Below, one piece after another: positions 50,095 to 59,083 of a stretch of DNA of 64,000 nucleotides. The notes beneath the pieces are model-generated. The model was not told the DNA's origin. It ran no database searches and worked only from the letters and a program-made list of their open reading frames with translations. Each line of letters starts with the position of its first letter. Position 1 is the first letter of the stretch. Both the position numbers and the translations under genes were made by a program. Origin of the DNA: a virus; the IMG/VR virus record IMGVR_UViG_3300032087_005453, positions 43,437 to 107,436 of that record; one strand, 5' to 3'.

Positions 50095-52101
50095 TTAGTA
50101 TAATCCATTCATAGCTTGAGTAAACCAGTTAGGACCACTAAATGTAGCGTCTTCTTTGTTTTTACCACTTCCATATTGTGCTGCGAACCCACCATAAGAA
50201 TTATAACCAGGAGTTTCTTCCGTCTTGAGATTTCTGGCCGCCATATTTGCCATTAAAAGGGATGAATAGCGGTCCTTTCTCATTCGAGATTTTTTACCAA
50301 CCCCAATTTTAACTTCAGGAGTATCCCATCTTAATCTACCATTAGCACTTTCAGTAACTTCGATTAGAGATAGTTCGTTTTTTAACTCTTCTATTTCCAT
50401 AACACAATCTTCAAGTGTGTCATATAATCTATCGTTTGCTTTATCTTGCTCAATAGAAAGTCCGATAGTAATGGGGTCAAACCTTGGGAATAAAAGGATC
50501 TTATCTTCAAAGTCTTTTCTCAAACCATGATTAGCGTCGGAGTACCAATCATATCTAGCGAATTGACACATCTCTAAAATGTGAAGACCTTGTTCGTCAT
50601 CTGTTGGTTGTGATTTTTCTGGATTGATTATAGGCCAAATAGCGACTTCACCAGCTTGAATTTGGTTAGAATCATGTAGTGCTTCAGCAACAGCATATCC
50701 ACCACCCTGAGCGTCCATAGCGATGTGTACTATATTAAACAATCCCATTAACTCCCGGATCTTACGAGCACAATAGCTATAGAAGTTATTCTCCTTGGTC
50801 AAACCTTTCTTTACTCGCTCGGTATGGTCTTTTCTTGTTGTTGTCCAGCAATGAACAATCCTTCTGTGATCAGCATGAAGCTCAAGTACCACAATACTAA
50901 AATTATCCACCTCAGAAGCAGGGTCAATAGCCATGAGATACTTTTCATTCTTATTTCCCTTTAAAATAGGATCAAAATATACCTCCCCACTTGCTATCTT
51001 AACTGGTTTTAAATCAGTACCCACACAAGCTTCGATCAAGCTTCTTTTAAAAAACCCCTGACTATCTTTAGTGAATACAGCCCCAAATTCCATTAGATAA
51101 ATACCATTATGAACAGTTGCTTTGGATCTTGCAATTTGTCCTTCATCCATGAACCCTTTAGGAACCATGTCCACCGGAATTCTAATTATGGAGTAATCAT
51201 CCCATTTAAAAGATGGAGGTACATCCTCACCGTTGAAGACATTGTTCGATATAGCCTTTTTATCACCTTTGGTCTCTATCGTCGTCTTCCATTTTTTCCA
51301 ATATTCCGCGAAATGGTTAAAGTCATAATAGGCAGTACCCGATAGAATAATCTGGTTGGACCTGCCTTGCTCCATTGCATCTGTTTTGAATAGTTCAGAC
51401 ACATCCACACCTAATTCTTCCGCTTTTTTCTCGGCGGCTAGTCTACGAACATTATCAATAGGAGAAGATGAAACTGCTGCGAAACCTGCAATGACATTTT
51501 CAAAGATTTCTCTGGACATACTCGCAAATTCGTCTGCGATAATATCATTTGCTCGCTGTCCACGAATCTTTTGACCATCACCGATGGGGAGTGCAGAAAT
51601 GGTACTTCCATTCAAGGTTAGTCTACACATATCCACATCGCGTCTAGGACCGCTACTGCTGTCGCACATGTCTCTTAAAATCGGAGCATTCTTCCAAATA
51701 TTCTCCATATAATCATACAGATACTTCGACTGTCGGAATGCGGCACCAACGACGACTATCTTTCGATTAGGCATCAATATGGCTCGTAACATACAGTACA
51801 ATGAAAGGATAAATGTTTTTCCTAAACCGCGAGATCCAACAAGCATCGGAAACTTCTTGTTCCACATTTCTTTGAGAATAAGTGCCTGCATGGGCAACAA
51901 ATCGACATTGAGAACGTGCTTACAAATAAACGAAAAATAATCCGGGTTGATAAACAAGCAAGTTAGTCGTTTATAAAACTCATCTGGGTCATCGGTCACA
52001 AGCCGCTCAAATGGATTGATAACATATCTATCGTCAACACTAATATTGAGCCAAGCATTATTTAGCTCTTGTATTAACTCTTTACTTAATTTGCCGCTCA
52101 T
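50095..52101 (-). CDS. terL: Terminase large subunit
   Basis: Walker A GSRGLGKT, Walker B IIADEF, RNase H-like AIDPAS...MDAQGGG...KDRYSS. Confidence 0.92.
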   Translation of the reverse strand: MSGKLSKELIQELNNAWLNISVDDRYVINPFERLVTDDPDEFYKRLTCLFINPDYFSFICKHVLNVDLLPMQALILKEMWNKKFPMLVGSRGLGKTFILSLYCMLRAILMPNRKIVVVGAAFRQSKYLYDYMENIWKNAPILRDMCDSSSGPRRDVDMCRLTLNGSTISALPIGDGQKIRGQRANDIIADEFASMSREIFENVIAGFAAVSSSPIDNVRRLAAEKKAEELGVDVSELFKTDAMEQGRSNQIILSGTAYYDFNHFAEYWKKWKTTIETKGDKKAISNNVFNGEDVPPSFKWDDYSIIRIPVDMVPKGFMDEGQIARSKATVHNGIYLMEFGAVFTKDSQGFFKRSLIEACVGTDLKPVKIASGEVYFDPILKGNKNEKYLMAIDPASEVDNFSIVVLELHADHRRIVHCWTTTRKDHTERVKKGLTKENNFYSYCARKIRELMGLFNIVHIAMDAQGGGYAVAEALHDSNQIQAGEVAIWPIINPEKSQPTDDEQGLHILEMCQFARYDWYSDANHGLRKDFEDKILLFPRFDPITIGLSIEQDKANDRLYDTLEDCVMEIEELKNELSLIEVTESANGRLRWDTPEVKIGVGKKSRMRKDRYSSLLMANMAARNLKTEETPGYNSYGGFAAQYGSGKNKEDATFSGPNWFTQAMNGLY

Positions 52102-52709
52102 GCTACTTCATCCATAAAACCATAATAAACAGCTTCGTAAGCATCCATCCACCAATCAACTTTTTGCTTCATTTTATCTTCAATAAAATTCCGAATACCT
52201 TGCCAATCTAATCCTTTCTCTTTACAGAAATTAGATCCATTACAGCGGTTGGCATAAATATCAAGCATTACATCAGCAGATCTCTTTCCATACTCCATCG
52301 CACTTATTACTGCGGTATATTCACCAGCATCTGAATAGTTTCCGTTATGAATCATAAAGTCTGCGTGTTTGTAGATGATTCTTTTGTCGGCAGATTGTGG
52401 AACAATAGATGACATAGATCTAGCATGACCCATAGAATGAAACTCAATATATTGTGGACAATCTACGATAGCATCGTACATAGCCATTCCATAGTTCCAA
52501 TCTCCACCGCACGATATCATGTACACCTTGATAACTTCATCGGCAGGAATACGGCTTGACAAATGATTTAGGTTTTTTATAAATCTTGATGCCATTTCAA
52601 AGTCAACACCATATTCTCCTTCTTCGTCTCTACCTTCTGATCCTATATAGATTGTATTTGTTGATAAGTCTATTCCAAGGTTATGAATATGTTCAAGATT
52701 TGGTTCCAC
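52098..52709 (-). CDS. clpP: ClpP-like serine protease
   Basis: ISCGG...GMAMYDAI, ARSM (Ser), FMIH (His), DWWMDAYEAVYYGFMDEV (Asp). Confidence 0.85.
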   Translation of the reverse strand: MEPNLEHIHNLGIDLSTNTIYIGSEGRDEEGEYGVDFEMASRFIKNLNHLSSRIPADEVIKVYMISCGGDWNYGMAMYDAIVDCPQYIEFHSMGHARSMSSIVPQSADKRIIYKHADFMIHNGNYSDAGEYTAVISAMEYGKRSADVMLDIYANRCNGSNFCKEKGLDWQGIRNFIEDKMKQKVDWWMDAYEAVYYGFMDEVA

Positions 52710-53169
52710 TGTTCTTCTCCCAAAAACTTAAAGTATCATAAGTAAATTTTTCAGCAGCATCTCTGTTGCCGCAAAAAACTACCTCTATATTTGGGCAGTC
52801 GTCTTCGATTTGATGAATTAGCTTTCTAAGGTATCTACCATTCATTCTGACTCTTGAAAGTTGTGCTTTGGACATTCCAGAATTTTGCGGAAATTCATAA
52901 ACATCAGACTCAGAAAACTCACAAACAATATAGGCTTTTGTCAAAGATTCCATGCGTTCAAATTCACGATAGAACCTAGCTTTAGCTGTTTTCTTTCCAA
53001 GGTTGTTTGCTATTTCTGTAGCAGAGGCTTTTCGTTCAATAACAACTATATCTTTAAGACTTTCTGTAGTATAATCACCACAGTCAAGTTTCTGATCGAC
53101 AATGTCGATATTGTCGTAAAAAATAAAATCCCAACCTTGTTTTTCCCGTGTGTCTCTAATTACTTTCAT
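52693..53169 (-). CDS. ERCC4/XPF-type nuclease domain protein
   Basis: VIRDTREK...LDCGDY...VIERKAS. Confidence 0.85.
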   Translation of the reverse strand: MKVIRDTREKQGWDFIFYDNIDIVDQKLDCGDYTTESLKDIVVIERKASATEIANNLGKKTAKARFYREFERMESLTKAYIVCEFSESDVYEFPQNSGMSKAQLSRVRMNGRYLRKLIHQIEDDCPNIEVVFCGNRDAAEKFTYDTLSFWEKNSGTKS

Positions 53170-53425
53170 TGTCGTAAGCTATCTGTAAAAATAATGATTC
53201 ATAAATATGCTCCTGCCCGGTTACAGATTCATGGCAGGAGCGGCATAGTGTAATCAAGTTGTAGGTATCAAACCTCAAAGATGATGCGGCAGACCAGGGT
53301 CTAATGTGATGAACCTGGAGATGTTTTTTAGTAACGCATCCAGGCATTTGACAACATCTTTTGTCTCTTTTGAGAACCCTTCTTCTTACTTCCTTATAAA
53401 CTGGGTCGTCATAATTTCTTCTCAT
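53156..53425 (-). CDS. HNH endonuclease (possible packaging cofactor)
   Basis: RDKRCCQMPGC...LQVHHI.PW...NLITLCRSCH. Confidence 0.9.
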   Translation of the reverse strand: MRRNYDDPVYKEVRRRVLKRDKRCCQMPGCVTKKHLQVHHIRPWSAASSLRFDTYNLITLCRSCHESVTGQEHIYESLFLQIAYDNESN

Positions 53426-53669
53426 GAGATTCTAACTTTAATACTCTGATGTCATATTTAAGTTCTTTTAGCCACTTTTTTGTTTCTATTGAGTCGTCTT
53501 GATCTAGTATAGTGTCCATAAGTTTCTTTACCGCCATAAAACAAGCGTCATCAGGATCATCAGCCTTGACGGTTACAAATGGAAATCTACGATTTAGTGA
53601 GCCAAGGTCATACTTCTTGGATAGATCGGTCACTACCAACGACAGATCGAGTTGTGCTATGTATATCAT
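53409..53669 (-). CDS. Hypothetical protein
   Basis: Fills the operon gap; ADDPDDACF motif. Confidence 0.55.
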   Translation of the reverse strand: MIYIAQLDLSLVVTDLSKKYDLGSLNRRFPFVTVKADDPDDACFMAVKKLMDTILDQDDSIETKKWLKELKYDIRVLKLESHEKKL

Positions 53670-54747
53670 GATCTACCATCATTTCTACTAGATCTTTAAA
53701 TGAATGTTTCGGGGTCCATCCCAATTTGTTCAATGCCTTGGAAGCATCACCACGAAGGTAATCTACCTCGGCGGGGCGGTAAAACTCGGGGTCTTGAACG
53801 ACTAAGTTGGACCAATCTGCAATATCAATATAAGAAAACGCTACGTCTAGGAACTCGCGAATAGTATGAGTTTCGCCGGTGCAAATGACAAAGTCCTCCG
53901 CAAGGTTCTGCTGAAGCATCATCCACATCGCTTCCACGTAATCTCCAGCGTACCCCCAATCTCTAAATGCTTCTAAGTTACCTAGACGCAGCTTTGGAAA
54001 CCTACCTAATTCTTCATCGTTTTCAGTAGACCTGAAAATAATATTGTCTTCATCGGATGTAGTATCTTTGAGTGCAAATTCTAATTTAATGTTTTTCTTG
54101 AATGCCGCAAATTCGCCAATCCACTTTGTAATCTTTCTTGTTACGAAATTTTCGCCTCTTCGCGGTCCTTCGTGATTAAACAGAATGCCTGCGGAAGCGT
54201 GCATATCATACGCTTCACGGTAGAGTCTCACAGTTTCATGAGCCGCACACTTGGCAATAGCATAAGGGCTTTGCGGCATAAACTTAGTGGCTTCGTTTTG
54301 AAACTTTTCCGTATGTCTTTTGTGTCTAAAGCGAGTATCGTAATTCTTGCCGAACATTTCGCTTGAGCTGGCCTGATAGAATCTAACCTTGGACTGCAAA
54401 TCCAAGTCAACAATAGCCTGAAGAATATTCAAACAGCCTTTCGCGGTAACATCCCAAGTAAGTGCAGGTTGCTTGAAAGAAACAGCTACGTGGCTTTGTG
54501 CTGCTAGATTGTAAAACTCAGTAGCGTCTTCATGATCTTTGAGCAAATTGAGCATGCTGGAGTAATCTGTGATATCCCCCTCATATAGCACAAAATTCTC
54601 ATTCTTTAGTGCGTGCTGGATTCTTGATGTGGTGTTGGTAGAAGATCGTCGTGTTACACCAATAACGGTATAATTTTTCTTTAAAAGAAGGTCTACTAGG
54701 TGAGAGCCATCTTGACCTGTTACGCCAGTTACAATCGCTTTTTTCAT
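53608..54747 (-). CDS. gmd: GDP-mannose 4,6-dehydratase
   Basis: GVTGQDGS, YNLAAQSHV, FYQASSSEMFG, PQSPYAIAK, GILFNHE.PRRG..FVTRKI, LGNL.A.RDWG. Confidence 0.95.
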   Translation of the reverse strand: MKKAIVTGVTGQDGSHLVDLLLKKNYTVIGVTRRSSTNTTSRIQHALKNENFVLYEGDITDYSSMLNLLKDHEDATEFYNLAAQSHVAVSFKQPALTWDVTAKGCLNILQAIVDLDLQSKVRFYQASSSEMFGKNYDTRFRHKRHTEKFQNEATKFMPQSPYAIAKCAAHETVRLYREAYDMHASAGILFNHEGPRRGENFVTRKITKWIGEFAAFKKNIKLEFALKDTTSDEDNIIFRSTENDEELGRFPKLRLGNLEAFRDWGYAGDYVEAMWMMLQQNLAEDFVICTGETHTIREFLDVAFSYIDIADWSNLVVQDPEFYRPAEVDYLRGDASKALNKLGWTPKHSFKDLVEMMVDHDIHSTTRSVVGSDRSIQEV

Positions 54748-55559
54748 TTATCCTTGTCCTCTTGTTCGTAAAATACGGTTTCTGAATTTAAGAAGGGACG
54801 GTCCACAGCCCCATCTTCGTAAGTATGATAATCTGACAATCGTTTCTTTTCCTCTTCCATTGCCAGACGCATTTTTTCTAAGTATTTACCTTCTGTTTCA
54901 AAGAACTCCGGATCGCGGAGAATTTGCTGAATCAGAGAGGATAGTGTTTTCTTGTTGCTTTCCAGCTTTTGTACACGCTGTTCACGAGTAGCTTTTAGGT
55001 CTTTGTACAATCCGGCTTTTTTTGTTTGCAAGTCTTTGAATTCTCTGGATAGAGATTCTTTGGCTGCACGAAGGCTGGCAATTTGCCGCTCAAGATTAAA
55101 GATCAACTCTTTATCCTGTTGGTCACTGTCGTGTGCCTTTTCAAGCTGGATTTCTGCCTCAAGAATTCTAACGCGATTCATAGATTCTTGTTGTTCCCTC
55201 AAAGCCCGGTTCATCAATACTTCAAGCTTGATAACATCCACAATTTGCAACTCTTCAGTCGCGAGGACATCTTTTCTAAATTGGGCAACAATTTGCTTCC
55301 AGTGATACAAAAATAATTCTAGTTCTTCCTCGCTAAATTGGAGTTTTAACTCCTTCCAATATGGGCGGGATTTGATATCATATTCAGCTTGAACGGTAAA
55401 TGATTCGTGCTTGTTAACGGCTTTTCCGATTTTTTTGAGGTACTTTTCGATAGAGGCTAATGAGCGATCAAGATTTTCCGCAATCTTTTCAGCAGGCAAT
55501 CTGTCGGCATTAGCTTCGATGTACTCCCAATCGGCTTTTGATAGTCTACCAGTCTTCAC
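54744..55559 (-). CDS. Coiled-coil protein, possible terminase small subunit
   Basis: HTH-like N-terminus (AEKIAENLDRSLASIEKYL), long coiled coil, upstream of TerL. Confidence 0.4.
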   Translation of the reverse strand: MKTGRLSKADWEYIEANADRLPAEKIAENLDRSLASIEKYLKKIGKAVNKHESFTVQAEYDIKSRPYWKELKLQFSEEELELFLYHWKQIVAQFRKDVLATEELQIVDVIKLEVLMNRALREQQESMNRVRILEAEIQLEKAHDSDQQDKELIFNLERQIASLRAAKESLSREFKDLQTKKAGLYKDLKATREQRVQKLESNKKTLSSLIQQILRDPEFFETEGKYLEKMRLAMEEEKKRLSDYHTYEDGAVDRPFLNSETVFYEQEDKDK

Positions 55560-56031
55560 CTAAAATACTCCTTACTTTTTCAAACAATGCCTGCTTTTTT
55601 ACAGTTTGAATGCTGACGCCATTAGCAACGCGAAAGAAATCATTTCTCATAGAAGGAGTAAGATTCTCCATCACCAGATCCAAAGCTTCTTGAGTGGTGA
55701 TATTCTGAAAATAATCTTCTGTAAAAGAGAGGTCTCCATCATAAGAATACAAATCCATCAGGTTTTTCTTGGACTCGTTGAGCCTGGCGTGATTCTCGGA
55801 CTCGACGTTGCTGCGAGAATAGTTGTTTCTGATGAATGTTTTTAGCCGCCTGGACAGATGTTTTGAAAGAAAGTTCTCAAGTGGGCGAGATTCGTCGTAT
55901 TTTTCCAGGGCTTCACAGCATATAATATATGCCTCTTGTTTGATGTCATCCGCATCATAATAGCCAAATGTGTATTTAGGGGCGATTCTATCGATTACTT
56001 GAAGAATCGTTTCTAGTTGCTGGTCCGTCAT
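55546..56031 (-). CDS. Phage sigma70-family factor (region 2), probable late sigma
   Basis: DADDIKQEAYIICCEALEKYD..RPLENFL..HL..RL..F.R; start placed at MTDQQ. Confidence 0.75.
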   Translation of the reverse strand: MTDQQLETILQVIDRIAPKYTFGYYDADDIKQEAYIICCEALEKYDESRPLENFLSKHLSRRLKTFIRNNYSRSNVESENHARLNESKKNLMDLYSYDGDLSFTEDYFQNITTQEALDLVMENLTPSMRNDFFRVANGVSIQTVKKQALFEKVRSILGEDW

Positions 56032-56185
56032 CTTTTTGTTCCTGTAGAATATCGGCAAGAGTTACACCTGAAGGATCAGGCTGGTTCAATTCGCGAGCAA
56101 CTGCTTGCTCAAGATCTGTTGTTGCTTTTGCTTTCACGGTTGTCTCCGTTTTTTTAGGTATGTTTACATACCCTATTATACTCAT
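55988..56185 (-). CDS. Hypothetical protein
   Basis: ORF upstream of and overlapping the sigma gene; start uncertain. Confidence 0.35.
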   Translation of the reverse strand: MSIIGYVNIPKKTETTVKAKATTDLEQAVARELNQPDPSGVTLADILQEQKDDGPATRNDSSSNR

Positions 56186-56199
56186 AAAAGAGGAAGAAA

Positions 56200-56646
56200 A
56201 TGTTAGAAATTAAGTTAAATGGCATAAATGGAGCTGGAAAGTTTGCAAAAGTATCGGCTGAAGACTACCCAGTAGTGGCACGACACAGTTGGTATTACCG
56301 CGAGGGATATGCAATTGCCCAAGTCGATGGCCGCGAAGTAAGAATGCACAGGTTTATTATGAAACCTGAATTGGACGCAACGATGTATTCTGATCAGTAT
56401 GTGGTAGACCACAAAGATCGTGACCGCCTCAACAACACCCGCGAAAATTTGCGTCTTCTGTCGCACGTCCAAAACGCCAATAACCGCGAAGATAATGTTT
56501 TTGTGGAATGCTTTGGAGAATCAAAAACAGTAGCTCAATGGAGCCGTGACGAGCGTTGTACGGTGCCTTATGCAGTTCTGCGTGGACGACTGCGAAAAGG
56601 AATAGCTGCTTGGGAGGCAATTTTGGCTCCTGCTGATGCTGAGTAG
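56200..56646 (+). CDS. HNH homing-endonuclease-like protein
   Basis: GAGG RBS; MHRFIM...VVDHKDRDRLNNTRENLR...QNA.NR. Confidence 0.85.
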   Translation: MLEIKLNGINGAGKFAKVSAEDYPVVARHSWYYREGYAIAQVDGREVRMHRFIMKPELDATMYSDQYVVDHKDRDRLNNTRENLRLLSHVQNANNREDNVFVECFGESKTVAQWSRDERCTVPYAVLRGRLRKGIAAWEAILAPADAE

Positions 56647-56780
56647 GTGAGTATAGCCAATACATTTTATGTTTGAGTTGATGATCGTGGATGAACCTCC
56701 CCCGCAAAATTCTCACAAATAGTAAACCCTTCTCTTTCAAGATAAAACCCCACCCGTTGCTTATTTCCTAAAGATTATCC

Positions 56781-56808
56781 TGTACAACGTCGATAATTAT
56801 GGTACAAT
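56781..56808 (+). promoter_or_regulatory. Early sigma70-like promoter P1
   Basis: TGTACA-N16 (acGTCGATA...)-TACAAT. Confidence 0.7.
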
Positions 56809-56840
56809 ACCAGTATCTGACAACCACAAGGAAATAAACA

Positions 56841-57002
56841 ATGTTCGCGACCTACACCAAATCTCAATCGCTCGTCTTCAAAGAACTTTCAGATCGTGGC
56901 GAAGATCTGTACATTGATGGTGACGGATTTCATTTCAACGCAATAGTTTTCGATAATTTCCGCGAATTCTTCTCATTCTGTAAAGACCAGCTTGACAAAT
57001 AG
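56841..57002 (+). CDS. Small hypothetical protein (53 aa, MFATYTKSQS...)
   Basis: AAGGA RBS after P1; below the ORF-track cutoff; translated by hand. Confidence 0.6.
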   Translation: MFATYTKSQSLVFKELSDRGEDLYIDGDGFHFNAIVFDNFREFFSFCKDQLDK

Positions 57003-57021
57003 CCGATAAATATAGTACAAT
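56992..57021 (+). promoter_or_regulatory. Early promoter P2
   Basis: TTGACA-N18 (GCCGATA)-TACAAT. Confidence 0.65.
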
Positions 57022-57057
57022 ACCCGTATGACAGTCAACAACCCAAAAGGAAATACA

Positions 57058-57249
57058 ATGTCAGCTTTTACTGCTCAGATCACAACTATCGTTGATGGTG
57101 TCGTTACCGATGTCTCTGAGGCTCCTTTTGCGAACAAACAGAATGCCATCAGCTTTGTGTATCCATTTTACAAAAGAAGTCACAATCAATACCGCACCTA
57201 TAAGGTTCGCGTGATTCGAAATTCCGATGGTGTTGTGGTATTCGCGTAA
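57058..57249 (+). CDS. Small hypothetical protein (MSAFTAQ...)
   Basis: AAGGA RBS; start reassigned to 57058. Confidence 0.7.
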   Translation: MSAFTAQITTIVDGVVTDVSEAPFANKQNAISFVYPFYKRSHNQYRTYKVRVIRNSDGVVVFA

Positions 57250-57269
57250 TCAGAGAGCAAACACTGTAG

Positions 57270-57302
57270 GGACCGCGACAAAGCGGTCTTACAGGACCGC
57301 TT
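57270..57302 (+). repeat. Cassette-boundary double-hairpin element E1 (family A)
   Basis: GGACCGCGACAAAGCGGTCTTACAGGACCGCTT. Confidence 0.9.
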
Positions 57303-57361
57303 GTGTTTATGACTACCCTAAGAAATGTCCAGAAACTTTCCAGAAACTATGGAGAATAATC

Positions 57362-57389
57362 TGGACACGGTCGATGTATACACTATACT
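57362..57389 (+). promoter_or_regulatory. Early promoter P3
   Basis: TGGACA-N16 (cgGTCGATG...)-TATACT. Confidence 0.7.
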
Positions 57390-57441
57390 TCCCGTGTGAC
57401 ATGTGAGTCACGTTTCTTCCCTCTCTCTCAGGAGTGTTCAG

Positions 57442-57618
57442 ATGGATGACTTTTCTTCTCAGCTTCAGTGTGAAGATGTTTGTGGCGAAGCGGAATACTA
57501 TGCTGCTCAGGAATGGGCGGCAGAGTGTGAGCGTGAGCGACAGCGAGGACTTCAGGATCAGGAAGATCTCGGATGGCCAGAGTTCTGGCAAATGATTCGC
57601 GATCAGGCTACCAAGTAG
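57442..57618 (+). CDS. Small acidic protein, paralog 1 (MDDFSSQLQCED...)
   Basis: AGGAG RBS; paralog at 58550. Confidence 0.75.
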   Translation: MDDFSSQLQCEDVCGEAEYYAAQEWAAECERERQRGLQDQEDLGWPEFWQMIRDQATK

Positions 57619-57634
57619 CTCACCCATCAAGGCC

Positions 57635-57672
57635 ACCCGGAGCCTACAATCCGGGTCTCTTTCCCTCTCTTT
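57635..57672 (+). terminator. Hairpin followed by a pyrimidine tract
   Basis: ACCCGGA-gcctacaa-TCCGGGT then CTCTTTCCCTCTCTTTT. Confidence 0.4.
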
Positions 57673-57684
57673 TAAGGCTTTCAA

Positions 57685-57900
57685 ATGTTTGTAAAAACCT
57701 CAACTTTTGATGCGGCTCAGGCTTTCCCCGTTGATTCCGTGTGGCGGGATATGAACAACGACACCCTGAGAGTTCTGGCTGTTGATGAAAATAAAGTTTG
57801 GTTTTTCATGATGATCGAAGGAGTATGGGCTGACGTTTCCCCACAAGCGGTTGATGTTCAACAAGCGGTTGCCGATTGGATTCCAGTCAGGGGGGTTTGA
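57685..57900 (+). CDS. Small hypothetical protein
   Basis: AAGG RBS; ends just before E2. Confidence 0.65.
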   Translation: MFVKTSTFDAAQAFPVDSVWRDMNNDTLRVLAVDENKVWFFMMIEGVWADVSPQAVDVQQAVADWIPVRGV

Positions 57901-57919
57901 TTGCAAGGTGTTCCATAAG

Positions 57920-57952
57920 GGACCGCGACGAAGCGGTCCTACGGGACCGCTT
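57920..57952 (+). repeat. Element E2 (family A) with C(UACG)G tetraloop
   Basis: GGACCGCGACGAAGCGGTCCTACGGGACCGCTT. Confidence 0.9.
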
Positions 57953-58012
57953 GCGTTTGTGCTGTTCTTGGTAAATGTCCGAAAACTTTCCCATAAAGTT
58001 GGAGGAATAGTA

Positions 58013-58040
58013 TGGACATAGTCGATACTTATGATATAAT
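58013..58040 (+). promoter_or_regulatory. Early promoter P4
   Basis: TGGACA-N16 (taGTCGATA...)-TATAAT. Confidence 0.75.
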
Positions 58041-58084
58041 TCAAAGCCGTGTGACACCTCTCCCTCTTTCTTAGGAAATCTGAA

Positions 58085-58453
58085 ATGCGTATCTTCTTCA
58101 AAATTTTCGGCCTGTTCATCGCTGTTGGTCGCCAGTTTGGCAACTGCTTCGCACCCGCGTTGGTGCTGGAGTGGTACGGCGTTCGCCGTCGTGTTTCCTC
58201 TCATTCCCTCACTCGTCGGCCTGAGGCTCTTGATCGGCCTGAGGTGTTTTATCACCCCGCGTGGGCAAAATTCACCATCCGCACCAGCGGTCATGCGGAA
58301 ACCGTCATCTACTGGCGTGGGTGGTTCCGGTTTGGCTGGAATTCTGAGCACATTGCTCAGCGTTTCGGCAAGTGTGAAGACCATTCCAATTATGGTGGTC
58401 CGGTTGAATTTTATAGTTATCGGGGAATTCTTGGCACCCACCAAGCACTTTAG
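58085..58453 (+). CDS. Hypothetical basic/aromatic protein
   Basis: AGGA RBS after P4. Confidence 0.6.
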   Translation: MRIFFKIFGLFIAVGRQFGNCFAPALVLEWYGVRRRVSSHSLTRRPEALDRPEVFYHPAWAKFTIRTSGHAETVIYWRGWFRFGWNSEHIAQRFGKCEDHSNYGGPVEFYSYRGILGTHQAL

Positions 58454-58478
58454 GGGCCAAATAATTAAAGGGTTGGCC

Positions 58479-58506
58479 TGGACATGGTCGATATATATGG
58501 TATACT
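58479..58506 (+). promoter_or_regulatory. Early promoter P5
   Basis: TGGACA-N16 (tgGTCGATA...)-TATACT. Confidence 0.7.
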
Positions 58507-58549
58507 TCACTATCTGAAGTTGAGTTTCTTTTTGTTCGGGAGTTTTGAG

Positions 58550-58732
58550 ATGGATGACTTTTCTTGCCAGATTCAGTGTGATGAGATGGATGCTCAGGAA
58601 TACCACATGGCTCAGGAATGGGCCGCTGAGTGCGAGCGTGAACGGTGGGAACTTTGGGCGTGCGTTGACGCAGAATATCAGCGTGAGGAAGATTGGCAAG
58701 AATTTTGGGCGGAGGTGCGAGCTAATGCGTGA
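58550..58732 (+). CDS. Small acidic protein, paralog 2 (MDDFSCQIQCDE...)
   Basis: GGGAG RBS; shares AQEWAAECERER with 57442. Confidence 0.75.
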   Translation: MDDFSCQIQCDEMDAQEYHMAQEWAAECERERWELWACVDAEYQREEDWQEFWAEVRANA

Positions 58733-58829
58733 TCGAACTACGGAAACCCTGATTGCCCTAGTTATGGGGCTTTTAGGGTTTGGCGGCTGGTATTATCTTT
58801 TGATCTGTTTTCAGAATATGGGAGTTTGA
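58725..58829 (+). CDS. 34-aa single-TM membrane peptide, paralog 1
   Basis: GGAGGT RBS; hydrophobic; paralog at 59914. Confidence 0.65.
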   Translation: MRDRTTETLIALVMGLLGFGGWYYLLICFQNMGV

Positions 58830-58831
58830 GT

Positions 58832-58972
58832 ATGTTCTACATTGCTTTTGATGGCTTCGATCTTTTCAAGCTGCACTTTGCAACCCGCGAAGCTGCACAG
58901 AAGCACCTCGATGATAACTACATGAAGCTGGCACGCCATTGCCAGTATCAGGTAGCGGTGTATGAGAAGTGA
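58832..58972 (+). CDS. Small hypothetical protein (46 aa, MFYIAFDG...)
   Basis: GGGAG RBS; translated by hand; ends before E3. Confidence 0.6.
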   Translation: MFYIAFDGFDLFKLHFATREAAQKHLDDNYMKLARHCQYQVAVYEK

Positions 58973-58989
58973 GCCGGGCTGGCACATTA

Positions 58990-59022
58990 GGACCGCGACG
59001 AAGCGGTCTTGCAGGACCGCTT
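58990..59022 (+). repeat. Element E3 (family A)
   Basis: GGACCGCGACGAAGCGGTCTTGCAGGACCGCTT. Confidence 0.9.
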
Positions 59023-59083
59023 ATGTTTGTGCAGTTCCTTGGGAATATTTCCCGAAATCTCTGGAATACTTTGGGGATTGATC

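Noticed and set aside
57887-58699. 270-aa minus-strand ORF and other antisense ORFs in the early region
   Set aside because: They cross + strand promoters, RBSs and paralogous genes; no RBS or recognisable motif
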